Source: a virus
Lineage: Duplodnaviria; Caudoviricetes
Strand: one strand, 5' to 3'
DNA: 52,335 nucleotides
IMG/VR virus record: IMGVR_UViG_3300020439_000007
Span: 1-52,335 of that record
Program-made: the position numbers and the translations under genes
In this document: positions 22,201 through 30,839 of the stretch, one piece after another
Numbering within the stretch: the stretch's first letter is position 1
Layout of the letters: the number at the start of each line of letters is the position of its first letter
Notes under the pieces: generated by a model
Databases searched by the model: none
Seen by the model: the letters and a program-made list of their open reading frames with translations, nothing else
What the model was told of the DNA's origin: nothing

Positions 22201-25200
22201 TACAGACTCTACTGAAGGTGATCTGACAACGGTATCTTCTTACGATCAGTTTGATTACTGTGATCTTCCACTTCTTAAAGATGATACAAGATTAACTGAT
22301 GTTATTGACATTAGACCAAGAGTAAGGCAGTTTGATTCCAATTCAAGTTCCGTATCTCCTTTTGAGTTTAATTCAAGAACCTTTGAAGATGGAACAAACT
22401 CCGCTAAGAATATTCTTGCATCTGATGAGTCTATTCTCATAACTTATAGTCACTATCTTCCTAGAATTGATAAACTATACTTTAATCCAGACGGAGGATT
22501 CCAACTGCTGAAGGGTGTTCCTAGTGAGTCTCCTCTTCCCCCACTTCCAATTGAAAATGCCCTGGAAGTAGCAACAATAGATCTTCCACCGTATATCTGT
22601 AATGCAGAGAATGTAAGCATTTCTCTGAAGTCTCATAAGAGATACAGAATGCAAGACATTGCACTTCTGGAAGATAGAATTAAAAATCTTGAGTATTATA
22701 CTGCACTGTCTCTGCTTGAAGCAAAGACTGAAGCATTAATCATTCCAGATGAAAGTGGTCTGACTAGATTCAAGTCTGGTATTTTTGTTGATAACTTTAC
22801 AACTACCAGGAATCAACTCAAAGCTGGTAGTATTACCAACTCTATCGACCCAGTTAATACTGAATTGAGACCTTCTCACTTCACAACTGAAGTTGATATG
22901 TTAATCGGTTCCAGATCTCTGATTGGCATTGGAACCACAGCAAATCCAAATGTAAGTCCTGCATTTGTAACTGACATTGTTGGTTCTAACTATAGAAGAA
23001 CTGGTCAGGTAGTTACTATTAACTATGTTGATAGTCTTGAAATTCAGAACCCATTCGCAACAAGAGTTGAGAACGTAACTCCATATCTGGTTACAACTTA
23101 CGCTGGTAATATTGAACTCTTCCCAACCTCAGATATCTGGATTGACCAGGTAAGATTGGCACCACAGAGAATCAATGTAGATGATTACACCCAAACCAGA
23201 TTACAACTTGAGTTTGCTGGTTATGATGCACAAACAGGTCTTGGACCTGTACGTTGGGGTGCTTGGGCAGCAACGTGGACTGGATCTTCTACTACATCCA
23301 CAAGCAGCACGGTTCAAACAGGCAGCAGACAGTCTCAAAGTGGCAGAACAATTACTACTACCAATAGCTTTAGAACAACAACTACTACAACCACTACTAG
23401 AACTGGTACAGAAAATAGAAGTGGCGATAGACTCAGAGTTTCTGAACAGACTGAAGTTATCAATGAAGGTGACAGAGTTGTAAGTTCTGATGTGATCGCA
23501 TTTATGAGATCACGTAATATTGAATTTACTGGTAGAAAGTTTAAACCAAGAACCAGAGTTTATGGATTCTTTGATGGTACTAATGTAAACAACTTCGTTG
23601 TTCCAAAACTACTTGAAATTAGAATGATTAGTGGATCATTCTCTGTTGGTGAGACTGTAACTGGCACAATGCCAACCAGCGCAACTCCTACTGTTGGAAA
23701 TAGTACTCCAGCAATTTCATTCAGAGTTGCTCAGTCCAACCACAAGTATGGACCAATTAATGCACCCACTGATGTATATACACTCAGTCCATATGACGAG
23801 AACTACACAATTCCAGAGAACTATTCAAGTTCTTCCATCATTCTTAATGTAGATACCAGAACTCTCTCTGAGAGCAATCAGTCACTTTATACTGGTTGGG
23901 TTAGAACTGGTATGCGCCTTAGAGGTGCTAATGGTGAAGCAGAAGTTATTGATGTTAAATTAGTAACTGATAGAATTGGAACGGTAATTGGTACGTTCTT
24001 TATTCCAAATCCAAATAATCCAACAAATCCAACCTTTGAAGTAGGCACAAAGGTATTCAGACTTACCAGCAGTTCTGTTAATAGTAATCTTGGTGGTCTT
24101 ACTGTCACGAGTGGAGAAGAAGCATACTTTGCTTCGGGTACTCTTAATAATGTTCAAGAGACTATTAGATCTACCAGAAAACCACGATTTGAAAGAGTAA
24201 CAGCATCTGAGTCGAGACCTGCAACTGATGTACAGGTGACAACCGCAGTAACTAACAGTACTCAGACTAGTGTTAGAGTCTTGCCACCACCTCCTCCACC
24301 GCCACCGCCACCACCGCCACCACCAAGGCCAAGACCTTCGGCACCGAGACCTAATCCTCCAAGGCCACGTCCTGCGCCACCACCACGTCCTCCAAGACCT
24401 CCAAGACCCCCTCGTCCACCTCGTCCGCCACGTCCACCGAGACCACCGCGTAGAAGAGGTAAAGACCCCTTGGCGCAATCATTCTCGATTGTTGATGATC
24501 CAGGAGCATTTGTAACTGAGGTTGAAGTATTCTTCAGAACGAAGGACCCACTTCTACCTGTCACAGTACAATTGAGACCAATGGTCAATGGATATCCTTC
24601 TAATGAAGTTTACCCATTTGGTGAAGTAATTCTTGAATCTGACGACATTGAAGAATCTTTTGATGCAACAATTCCTACAACTGTTGTATTCCCAGCACCA
24701 GTTTATCTGAATGGTAATACAGAGCATTGTGTTGTTCTTCTTTCTGATTCTAATGAATATACCGTCTGGATTTCCAGAATGGGCGAAGTAGACGTAAGTA
24801 CACTTCTGCAAGCAGAATCTAGACAAGTTCTTGTATCTGCACAACCACACCTTGGTTCTCTGTTCAAATCTCAGAATGGTTCTACTTGGAATGCTTCTCA
24901 GTATGAAGATCTCAAGATGAATCTTTATACTGCAGGATTTGATGAAAGTGCTACTATCTCCTTCTTTAACCCCGAACTTGCTAGAGGTAATCAGCAAATT
25001 GCAAACCTTACTAAGGATGCTCTTGAATTTGAATCTAAGCGTGTAATTGTTACTGCCAATGATATTATTGATACATCAAACTTCGTAATTGGTAATACTA
25101 TTGTTCAAAAGGATGCAAATGTAAGTGGTGACTATGTTGGTGCTGGTGGATCTGCCACAGGCGCTCTGACAATTGTTAATGCTGGTATTGGTTACACTCC

Positions 25201-26947
25201 ATCTGATGGAAATCAATTCACCTTCACTAACGTACCTCTGATTACATTCAGTGGTAATGGTAGAAATGCTACTGCTGACATCACAATCGGTGCTCAGGGT
25301 GCTACAAATGGTGTTGCTATCGCTGCAACTATCAATACTGGTGGATCTGGATACCAAGTTGGTGATGTATTTACAGTTGGTAGCTTTGGTAATGATCAAT
25401 TAGGAAGAAACCTTCAACTGTCTCTTGGTAATGTAACTGGTATCAATGAACTAATCATTGATAACATTCAAGGCGAATTTGAGATTAATGCTGCCAAACC
25501 ACTGCAGTATATTAGTCCAAGCACAGGAATCACAACAATGGTTGCTGTTGCTGGTGGTGATATTCAAGTCAGTGATTTTGAACTTGCAACTCTTGCCGAA
25601 GATGGATTGCACATCAAGGTTAATCATAAGAACCATGGTATGCACTCTACCCTCAATACTGTAAACATTAAAGGTGTTAAGGGTGATCTTAAGGCAACAA
25701 CTCTTACTGCTGAGTATACAAATTCAGATTCTGGAGCAATCAGTATTGCAAGTACTATTGGTTTTGAAACATTTGAGAATGTATCCGTTGCATCTACTAA
25801 CCCTGGTTATGTAATTCTTGATGATGAAATTATCGCTTACACTGGCGTTGCAGCAGGACAACTGACTGGAATCACCAGAGGTGTTGATAATACAAGAACC
25901 TTCACATATCCATTGAAGACTTCTATTCAAAAGTATGAGAACAACGGCATCTCTTTGAGAAGAATCAATACTGATCATACTCTTCAAGATGCTCTTGTAA
26001 ACAGACCTATTACTCTTGATTCTTACTATATTAGAATTAATACTGCTATCAATGGTGTTAATAGAAATAGTGGTTCGGGACTTCCCAAACTCTATATTAA
26101 TAATGCCAAATCTAGTGGTGGTGACATGATGTTCGCAACACAGAACATTCAATATGAAGCAGTTAGACCTATTGTTCAAACAATGACTCTGCCAGGAACA
26201 GCAATTTCTGCAGAACTTAAAGGAATTACTGCAACTAGTGTTGATGGTAGTGAAATCTCATTTGAAGAGACTCAAAAAACTACAATCAATCTTGACGAGG
26301 ACACTTATCTGCCCGAACCTAGAATGATTGCTTCTAGAGTCAATGAACTTGCACAACTTGATAATCTCCCTGGCAATAAGTCCATGGAACTGACATTTAC
26401 ATTGTCTACAGCAAATAGCAATGTATCTCCAGTTATTGACCTTGACCGAGTTGGTATGGTTCTTATCTCCAATAGAGTAAATGCTCCAATTACGGATTAT
26501 AAGAATGACTCTAGAACTGCATCCCTTAATGAAGATCCAACTGCGTTTATCTACGCAAATAAACCAGTAGAACTGGAGAATCCAGGAACTTCTATCAAGG
26601 TTCTTCTTGCAGGTTATGTCAATAGTTACAATGACATTAGAGCGTTCTACTCTATCAGTAACTCTCCAGAAGTTGAACCACTTTACTATCCATTCCCTGG
26701 ATATGATAATCTGGATATAAATGGAAACATCCTTGATTTTGCTAATAGTAGTGGTCTCCCTAACAAGAGAGTTCCTAAGACAGATGTACTTGCATCTGAG
26801 AGTCAAAATCTGATTTACAAAGATTATGAATTCAGTATTGATAATTTGCCAGAGTTTAAATACTTTAGTATTAAACTTGTAGGAACCTCTACAAATCAGG
26901 CATATCCACCAAGGATCAGAGACCTCAGAGTTATCGCACTTGCATAA
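19295..26947 (+). CDS. large virion structural protein, DUF4815/VrlC-like (2550 aa), with a polyproline/(RPP)n tract
   Basis: N-terminal NLNVSPYFDDFD..KNYYRVLFKPG.PVQARELT.LQ, APGADRLKI, RYRMQDI..LE.RI.NLEYYT.LSLLE, and DPLAQSF. These are hallmarks of the large post-gp8 protein of T4-like cyanophages (family name from recall). Confidence 0.85.
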   Translation: MPQETNLNVSPYFDDFDPAKNYYRVLFKPGLPVQARELTSLQAVLQDQVEQIGTHLFKEGSIVIPGQVNYNNTLFAVEVEPEYLGIPIESYADELVNVYIRGQSSNVLAKIVFYEGTAASERGYYTFFVSYVGAGNEGKDTFDDDETLLLEDNLSTPVVNFQSGQGFANTAPINSTSIGSAVFLTEGVYFLRGTFVKVPGQTLVLDAHKSDPSYRVGLEIFEEVISSGQDNTLTDNAKGFNNYAAPGADRLKISAVLSKKPLESDKSENFVQLMLIRDGSLQHIQDRTQYNELAEELARRTYDQSGDFYVKPFSIHARESLDDRKGNNGIFTKDQLTYNNNIPSDDLGTYKISPGKAFIRGFEVDSGTVHYLDFEKTRTVKTLKDQAVNYFTGPTLTLNRTFGAPRIGFSTSSTISLRDSRIGVTSTTPAGKEIGLARVYDHALESGSYSSVASDINEWDITLYDIQPYTEISINQSTTLNVPTYIEGKSSGATAHLRFNTTTGIVTAYGTKGSFLKGEKLVFNGVDDGRISTAVTEYSVADVKSLYSSVGAGQTFNSDVKQYAKAEFSGITISPKSGSAPGISTVTSSEQLFTGVVKIGDLVSFTNSLLGSTSVKTYAKVDSITDSNNIIISGITTVSLINDGGLPTSSITPSDFKVLGSRFQSSTDNTLYTPLPKSFVSSVDLTKSTISIKREFNVTITANATNTIQAGENETFLPYDEERYVLINSQGGFEILTADKFRYTNGGRELRIFGLDVTGSGRLIATLSKNNVTNKVKNSIKTNSIIVNKSKLSSSGIGSTTLNDGLTYGSYGYGLRVQDREVCLLEPDVIKVYGVFEANDTGAPDLPSISLFNLNGPTGKTEDFVIGEEIVGQTSGAIGLFIERPNSASASIVYLNDLRFEIGESVLTETTGITGTINDFDEGDENILNRFTLDSGHRDTIVDYSRLIRKPNAKAPRRQLRVIFESAEYTDSTEGDLTTVSSYDQFDYCDLPLLKDDTRLTDVIDIRPRVRQFDSNSSSVSPFEFNSRTFEDGTNSAKNILASDESILITYSHYLPRIDKLYFNPDGGFQLLKGVPSESPLPPLPIENALEVATIDLPPYICNAENVSISLKSHKRYRMQDIALLEDRIKNLEYYTALSLLEAKTEALIIPDESGLTRFKSGIFVDNFTTTRNQLKAGSITNSIDPVNTELRPSHFTTEVDMLIGSRSLIGIGTTANPNVSPAFVTDIVGSNYRRTGQVVTINYVDSLEIQNPFATRVENVTPYLVTTYAGNIELFPTSDIWIDQVRLAPQRINVDDYTQTRLQLEFAGYDAQTGLGPVRWGAWAATWTGSSTTSTSSTVQTGSRQSQSGRTITTTNSFRTTTTTTTTRTGTENRSGDRLRVSEQTEVINEGDRVVSSDVIAFMRSRNIEFTGRKFKPRTRVYGFFDGTNVNNFVVPKLLEIRMISGSFSVGETVTGTMPTSATPTVGNSTPAISFRVAQSNHKYGPINAPTDVYTLSPYDENYTIPENYSSSSIILNVDTRTLSESNQSLYTGWVRTGMRLRGANGEAEVIDVKLVTDRIGTVIGTFFIPNPNNPTNPTFEVGTKVFRLTSSSVNSNLGGLTVTSGEEAYFASGTLNNVQETIRSTRKPRFERVTASESRPATDVQVTTAVTNSTQTSVRVLPPPPPPPPPPPPPPRPRPSAPRPNPPRPRPAPPPRPPRPPRPPRPPRPPRPPRPPRRRGKDPLAQSFSIVDDPGAFVTEVEVFFRTKDPLLPVTVQLRPMVNGYPSNEVYPFGEVILESDDIEESFDATIPTTVVFPAPVYLNGNTEHCVVLLSDSNEYTVWISRMGEVDVSTLLQAESRQVLVSAQPHLGSLFKSQNGSTWNASQYEDLKMNLYTAGFDESATISFFNPELARGNQQIANLTKDALEFESKRVIVTANDIIDTSNFVIGNTIVQKDANVSGDYVGAGGSATGALTIVNAGIGYTPSDGNQFTFTNVPLITFSGNGRNATADITIGAQGATNGVAIAATINTGGSGYQVGDVFTVGSFGNDQLGRNLQLSLGNVTGINELIIDNIQGEFEINAAKPLQYISPSTGITTMVAVAGGDIQVSDFELATLAEDGLHIKVNHKNHGMHSTLNTVNIKGVKGDLKATTLTAEYTNSDSGAISIASTIGFETFENVSVASTNPGYVILDDEIIAYTGVAAGQLTGITRGVDNTRTFTYPLKTSIQKYENNGISLRRINTDHTLQDALVNRPITLDSYYIRINTAINGVNRNSGSGLPKLYINNAKSSGGDMMFATQNIQYEAVRPIVQTMTLPGTAISAELKGITATSVDGSEISFEETQKTTINLDEDTYLPEPRMIASRVNELAQLDNLPGNKSMELTFTLSTANSNVSPVIDLDRVGMVLISNRVNAPITDYKNDSRTASLNEDPTAFIYANKPVELENPGTSIKVLLAGYVNSYNDIRAFYSISNSPEVEPLYYPFPGYDNLDINGNILDFANSSGLPNKRVPKTDVLASESQNLIYKDYEFSIDNLPEFKYFSIKLVGTSTNQAYPPRIRDLRVIALA
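24284..24460 (+). repeat. low-complexity coding repeat: P14-RPRPSAPRPNPPRPRPAPPP-(RPP)7-RRRG
   Basis: Direct translation. Synonymous codons are mixed (CCA/CCT/CCG/CCC; CGT/AGA). Confidence 0.95.
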
Positions 26948-26948
26948 T

Positions 26949-27161
26949 ATGGACAATAGGTATCTTAAAGTTGAAGGTCATAGTTTTCTGGTCAGAGATT
27001 CACACTCAAACGCGATTGTGAATCGAGACCAGAAAGGTTATGACACATATAAAAATCTTAAGAGAGCGAAGAGTAAGGAAAAAGAGAGACTTGATAAATT
27101 AGAAAATGATGTCAGTGAAATCAAGGATCTCTTAATTCAATTAATAAACAAGGACAAGTAA
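26949..27161 (+). CDS. small hypothetical protein with a coiled-coil C-terminus (70 aa)
   Basis: ATG 26949 lies just after the previous stop. KVEGHSFLVRD..SNAIVN...LENDVSEIKDLLIQL is typical of the gene preceding gp13 in T4-like cyanophages. Confidence 0.8.
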   Translation: MDNRYLKVEGHSFLVRDSHSNAIVNRDQKGYDTYKNLKRAKSKEKERLDKLENDVSEIKDLLIQLINKDK

Positions 27162-28001
27162 ATGGCAACTCCAGCAAGCAGACAAGGACTGATTGACTAC
27201 GCAAAGAGGCAACTAGGTGCTCCTGTGCTGGAGATCAATGTTGCTGATGAACAAATCGATGATATCATCGATGATTCTCTACAATTCTTTTATGAGAGAC
27301 ATTTTGATGGCGTTGTTCAAACGTTTTTGAAGTATGAAGTAACTCAAGCAGATATTGATAGAGCAAGAGCACAGGTAGGTGGAGTTGGTATTGCATCAAC
27401 TCAAGCAACTGGAAATGTAGGAGGAACACCAACTACATTCAACTTCTATGAGACTGAGAATTTTATTCCTGTCCCACCTCAGATTATTGGTATTACTAAA
27501 GTATTCCATTTTGAGGGATCTAGCAGTCTCTCCAGTGGAATGTTTAATATTAAGTATCAGTTGTTCTTGAATGATCTTTATCATTTTAGTTCTCTTGAAC
27601 TCTTAACATATTCTATGGTTAAGAGACAATTGTCTGATATTGACTTTTTACTTACAACACAAAAACAAATAAGATTCAATCAAAGACAAGATAGACTCTA
27701 CATGGATATGGACTGGTCGTCCCTCGATCCTGGAGATATCTTAGTGATTGATTGCTATAGACTTCTTGATCCAAATGATTCTCCTGGAGTATGGAGCGAT
27801 TCTTTCCTCAAGAAGTATGTTACTGCTGCACTCAAGAAGCAGTGGGGTCAGAACCTAATTAAATTCCAGGGAGTAAAACTTCCTGGTGGAACAGAATTAA
27901 ATGGCAGACAAATTTACGACGATGGTGTGAATGAGCTAAATGCTCTGATAGACAAGATGTCTTCTACATACGAACTTCCACCATTAGATATGATCGGTTA
28001 A
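27162..28001 (+). CDS. gp13: neck protein gp13
   Basis: LIDYAKRQLGAPVLEINV, K.YVTAALKKQWGQNLIKF.GVKLPGG..LNG..IY. Confidence 0.95.
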   Translation: MATPASRQGLIDYAKRQLGAPVLEINVADEQIDDIIDDSLQFFYERHFDGVVQTFLKYEVTQADIDRARAQVGGVGIASTQATGNVGGTPTTFNFYETENFIPVPPQIIGITKVFHFEGSSSLSSGMFNIKYQLFLNDLYHFSSLELLTYSMVKRQLSDIDFLLTTQKQIRFNQRQDRLYMDMDWSSLDPGDILVIDCYRLLDPNDSPGVWSDSFLKKYVTAALKKQWGQNLIKFQGVKLPGGTELNGRQIYDDGVNELNALIDKMSSTYELPPLDMIG

Positions 28002-28005
28002 TAAT

Positions 28006-29406
28006 ATGGCGTTAAATCCATTCTTTCTCCATGGTTCTTCTGGGGAACAAAATTTAGTCCAAGATTTGGTAAACGAGCAACTTAAGATGTTCGGAGTGGA
28101 GGTTTATTATCTCCCAAGAATTTACCAAAATGAAAAAACTGTTATGGAGGAAGTGTCTCGGTCTGAGTTTACCGCAGCAATTCCTCTTGAAGCATATGTA
28201 GATACATATGATGGATTCAGTGGTGCTGGAACCTTACTGTCTAAATTTGGTGTTCAAGAAGTTGACGATTTAACAATTATCATATCAAAAGAGAGATATG
28301 AATCTGTTGTTCAACAACAAGCAGCGGTAATCGATAAAACTAAATTAACTTCTAGACCAAAAGAAGGAGATTTAATCTACTTCCCCCTTGGTGATAGATT
28401 ATTTGAGATTAAGTATGTTGAGCACGAAAAACCATTCTGGCAATTACAAAAAAATTATGTTTATGAACTGAGATTAGAACTCTTTGCATACAACGACGAA
28501 GAGATTGATACTGGAATCTCTGAAATTGATGATAATACTCAAGATGCGGGTTACATTCAGACCTTCAATATGGTTGGTATTGGATCTACCGCAACTGCAA
28601 TTACCTCTCTGAGAGATGGTGCTGTAAGAAGAGTTATTGTAAACAGAAGAGGATCTGGATATACTGGAGTTCCAAGAGTTGCAATCAGTTCTGCTCCATC
28701 TGGTGGCATAACTGCAGTTGGTATTGCTTCAATGATTGGTGGTATTATAGATCTTTGTGATGCAAGTCCAGATAATCTTAGAGTGCAAAAAGTTACTCTT
28801 GCAGATCCTGGAATGGGATACACTGCTGCCCCAAGAGTTACATTCCATGGTGGTGAGGGATCTGGTGCATATGCAACTGCTCAAATTGCAGATAGAGTAG
28901 TTGGAATTATAACCATAACAAGTGGTGGTAGTGGTTACATTGGCATTCCAACAGTAACTGTTGTCGCACCTGGTATTGCGAGTACCACTATTGATGCAAA
29001 GATTACGGCAAGACTCTCTGGTCTTGGAACAATCACAGAACTGGTAATCGAAGATGCTGGTGGATATTATGAAGGAGTACCAGAAATTAGAATTGCTGGA
29101 CCACAAAATACAGTTGGTTACGGTACATATCTAACGAATGAAGATGTGGTTGGTTCTGCAAGTAGTGCAACTGCACGGGTCAATTCTTGGAATGCTGTAA
29201 CTCAGGTCCTTAAATTGAAAGATATTGTTGGTGAGTTCCAGAGTGGAGAGTCTATTATAGGTCAAGCGAGTGGTGCTGCTTACGCAAATATTGACCTAAA
29301 TAAATTTAACGTTCCTGAAAATGGTTACGCACAGAACGTTACCATTGAGCAGGAAGCAGACGCGATTCTTGACTTTAGTGAATCTAACCCATTTGGTAGC
29401 CCATAG
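28006..29406 (+). CDS. gp14: neck protein gp14 with a C-terminal extension of GxGY-P-V repeats
   Basis: EQNLVQDLVNEQLKMFG.EVYYLPR, RPKEGDLIYFP, FEIKYVEHE.PF.QL, and C-terminal DFSESNPFG. Confidence 0.93.
   Translation: MALNPFFLHGSSGEQNLVQDLVNEQLKMFGVEVYYLPRIYQNEKTVMEEVSRSEFTAAIPLEAYVDTYDGFSGAGTLLSKFGVQEVDDLTIIISKERYESVVQQQAAVIDKTKLTSRPKEGDLIYFPLGDRLFEIKYVEHEKPFWQLQKNYVYELRLELFAYNDEEIDTGISEIDDNTQDAGYIQTFNMVGIGSTATAITSLRDGAVRRVIVNRRGSGYTGVPRVAISSAPSGGITAVGIASMIGGIIDLCDASPDNLRVQKVTLADPGMGYTAAPRVTFHGGEGSGAYATAQIADRVVGIITITSGGSGYIGIPTVTVVAPGIASTTIDAKITARLSGLGTITELVIEDAGGYYEGVPEIRIAGPQNTVGYGTYLTNEDVVGSASSATARVNSWNAVTQVLKLKDIVGEFQSGESIIGQASGAAYANIDLNKFNVPENGYAQNVTIEQEADAILDFSESNPFGSP
29297..29302 (+). 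promoter_or_regulatory. possible late promoter TAAATA within the gp14 3' end, upstream of gp15
   Basis: CTAAATAA about 115 nt before ATG 29417. Confidence 0.35.
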
Positions 29407-29416
29407 GAGATAGACC

Positions 29417-30391
29417 ATGTTTGATCATTTTTATCACCAGATTTTTAGGAAGACGGTGATTGCGTTTGGAACTTTGTTCAATGGGATTGAAATCAATAGG
29501 GATGGTAATGAGATTATTAAAGTCCCTCTTGCATATGGACCCACTCAAAAATTCTTAGCAAGACTAGAGCAGCAACCTGATCTGAATAAACCAATTCAGA
29601 TTAGTCTCCCAAGAATGTCATTTGAGTTCACTGGGGTGTCCTATGACAATAGTCGCAAATTAGCGACTACACAAGCATATGCTGTAGCACCCAGAACAAA
29701 TAAAACAGATATTAAAAAAATGTTCTTTCCTGTGCCATATAATATGGCATTTGAGTTGAACATCATGACACTTTTAAATGATGACGCTCTTCAAATCGTA
29801 GAACAAATATTACCATACTTTCAACCAAATTTTAATCTGTCAATTGATTTAATTGAGTCTATTGGTGAAAAAAGAGATATTCCAATTACATTAGAGAGTG
29901 TATCCTTCGAGGACAATTACGAGGGAGATTATACATCTAGAAGAGTATTATTGTATACTCTAAAGTTTACTGCAAAGACATTCCTGTTTGGTCCTGTACC
30001 AGACAGCAGCAAGGACATCATCTCCAGAGTTTCTGTTGGATTGGGTGCTGGAGATCCAAGTCCAGAAGCAAGAAGGTCTATTACATATACAACTCCTGTT
30101 GCTACAAAAGCATACAACGGAAATGTTATTACAAACCTGGCAGAAGATTTATCTGCTGCTAGTAACTTGATTAAGATCAATGATGATCAAAACATTCCAG
30201 TAAGATCCTATATCACTATTGATGATGAGACAATGTATGTCAAGAAGAAGGATGGTGGTGAGTTAACAGTTACTCGTGGAATGTATAGAACTACAGCGGT
30301 TGAGCACGTTGAGGGTGCTGGTGTTATGTTAATTACCAGTGCTGACAATTCAGCAATCGAAGCTGGTGATGATTTTGGGTTTAGTGGGTAA
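29417..30391 (+). CDS. gp15: tail sheath stabilizer/terminator gp15
   Basis: FYHQIFRKTVIAFGTLFN, KVPLAYGP.QKFL, LPRMSFE, PVPYN..FEL, QIVEQILPYFQP. Confidence 0.95.
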   Translation: MFDHFYHQIFRKTVIAFGTLFNGIEINRDGNEIIKVPLAYGPTQKFLARLEQQPDLNKPIQISLPRMSFEFTGVSYDNSRKLATTQAYAVAPRTNKTDIKKMFFPVPYNMAFELNIMTLLNDDALQIVEQILPYFQPNFNLSIDLIESIGEKRDIPITLESVSFEDNYEGDYTSRRVLLYTLKFTAKTFLFGPVPDSSKDIISRVSVGLGAGDPSPEARRSITYTTPVATKAYNGNVITNLAEDLSAASNLIKINDDQNIPVRSYITIDDETMYVKKKDGGELTVTRGMYRTTAVEHVEGAGVMLITSADNSAIEAGDDFGFSG

Positions 30392-30396
30392 TTTGT

Positions 30397-30819
30397 ATGA
30401 GTGACAAGTTTAAGGATCTTAACGATACATTTGACGTGGAAGCGGAGATTGTAAAACCCGAGAAGGAGAAGAAGGAGATAACAAAACCTTCAGAATCTGA
30501 AGATGTAACTAAGGATTATGAATACACGAGAGGTAACCTCTATTCCATCATTGAGAAGGGACAAGAGGCGTTGGATACTGCGTTGGAACTCGCCCAAGAC
30601 AGTGGACAAGCAAGACAGTTTGAAGTCGTCGGACAGTTAATTAAAAACGTTGCTGATGCAACTGACAAATTACTTGATCTTCAGAAGAAGTTGAAGGACT
30701 TGGATGCCGATGAAAAGGGTCCTACAAATGTGACTAATAATGCAATGTTCTTCGGATCTACTGCAGAGTTATCAAAGATGCTTAAGCAGCAAGCTAAAAA
30801 TCTAAACGAAGATAAATAG
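30397..30819 (+). CDS. gp16: terminase small subunit gp16
   Basis: DYEYTRGNLYSIIEKGQEAL, R.FEVVGQLIK, NVTNNAMFFGSTAEL.KML. Confidence 0.93.
   Translation: MSDKFKDLNDTFDVEAEIVKPEKEKKEITKPSESEDVTKDYEYTRGNLYSIIEKGQEALDTALELAQDSGQARQFEVVGQLIKNVADATDKLLDLQKKLKDLDADEKGPTNVTNNAMFFGSTAELSKMLKQQAKNLNEDK
30813..30818 (+). promoter_or_regulatory. late promoter core TAAATA upstream of the 1023-aa modular protein
   Basis: GATAAATAGA overlaps the gp16 stop, 21 nt before ATG 30840. Confidence 0.6.
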
Positions 30820-30839
30820 AAAAAAAGTGTTTTCTAGAG

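Noticed and set aside
23960-24588. Trp/Arg-, Gly- and His-rich alternative-frame ORFs
   Set aside because: Frame and strand shadows of the polyproline tract. No independent start signals.
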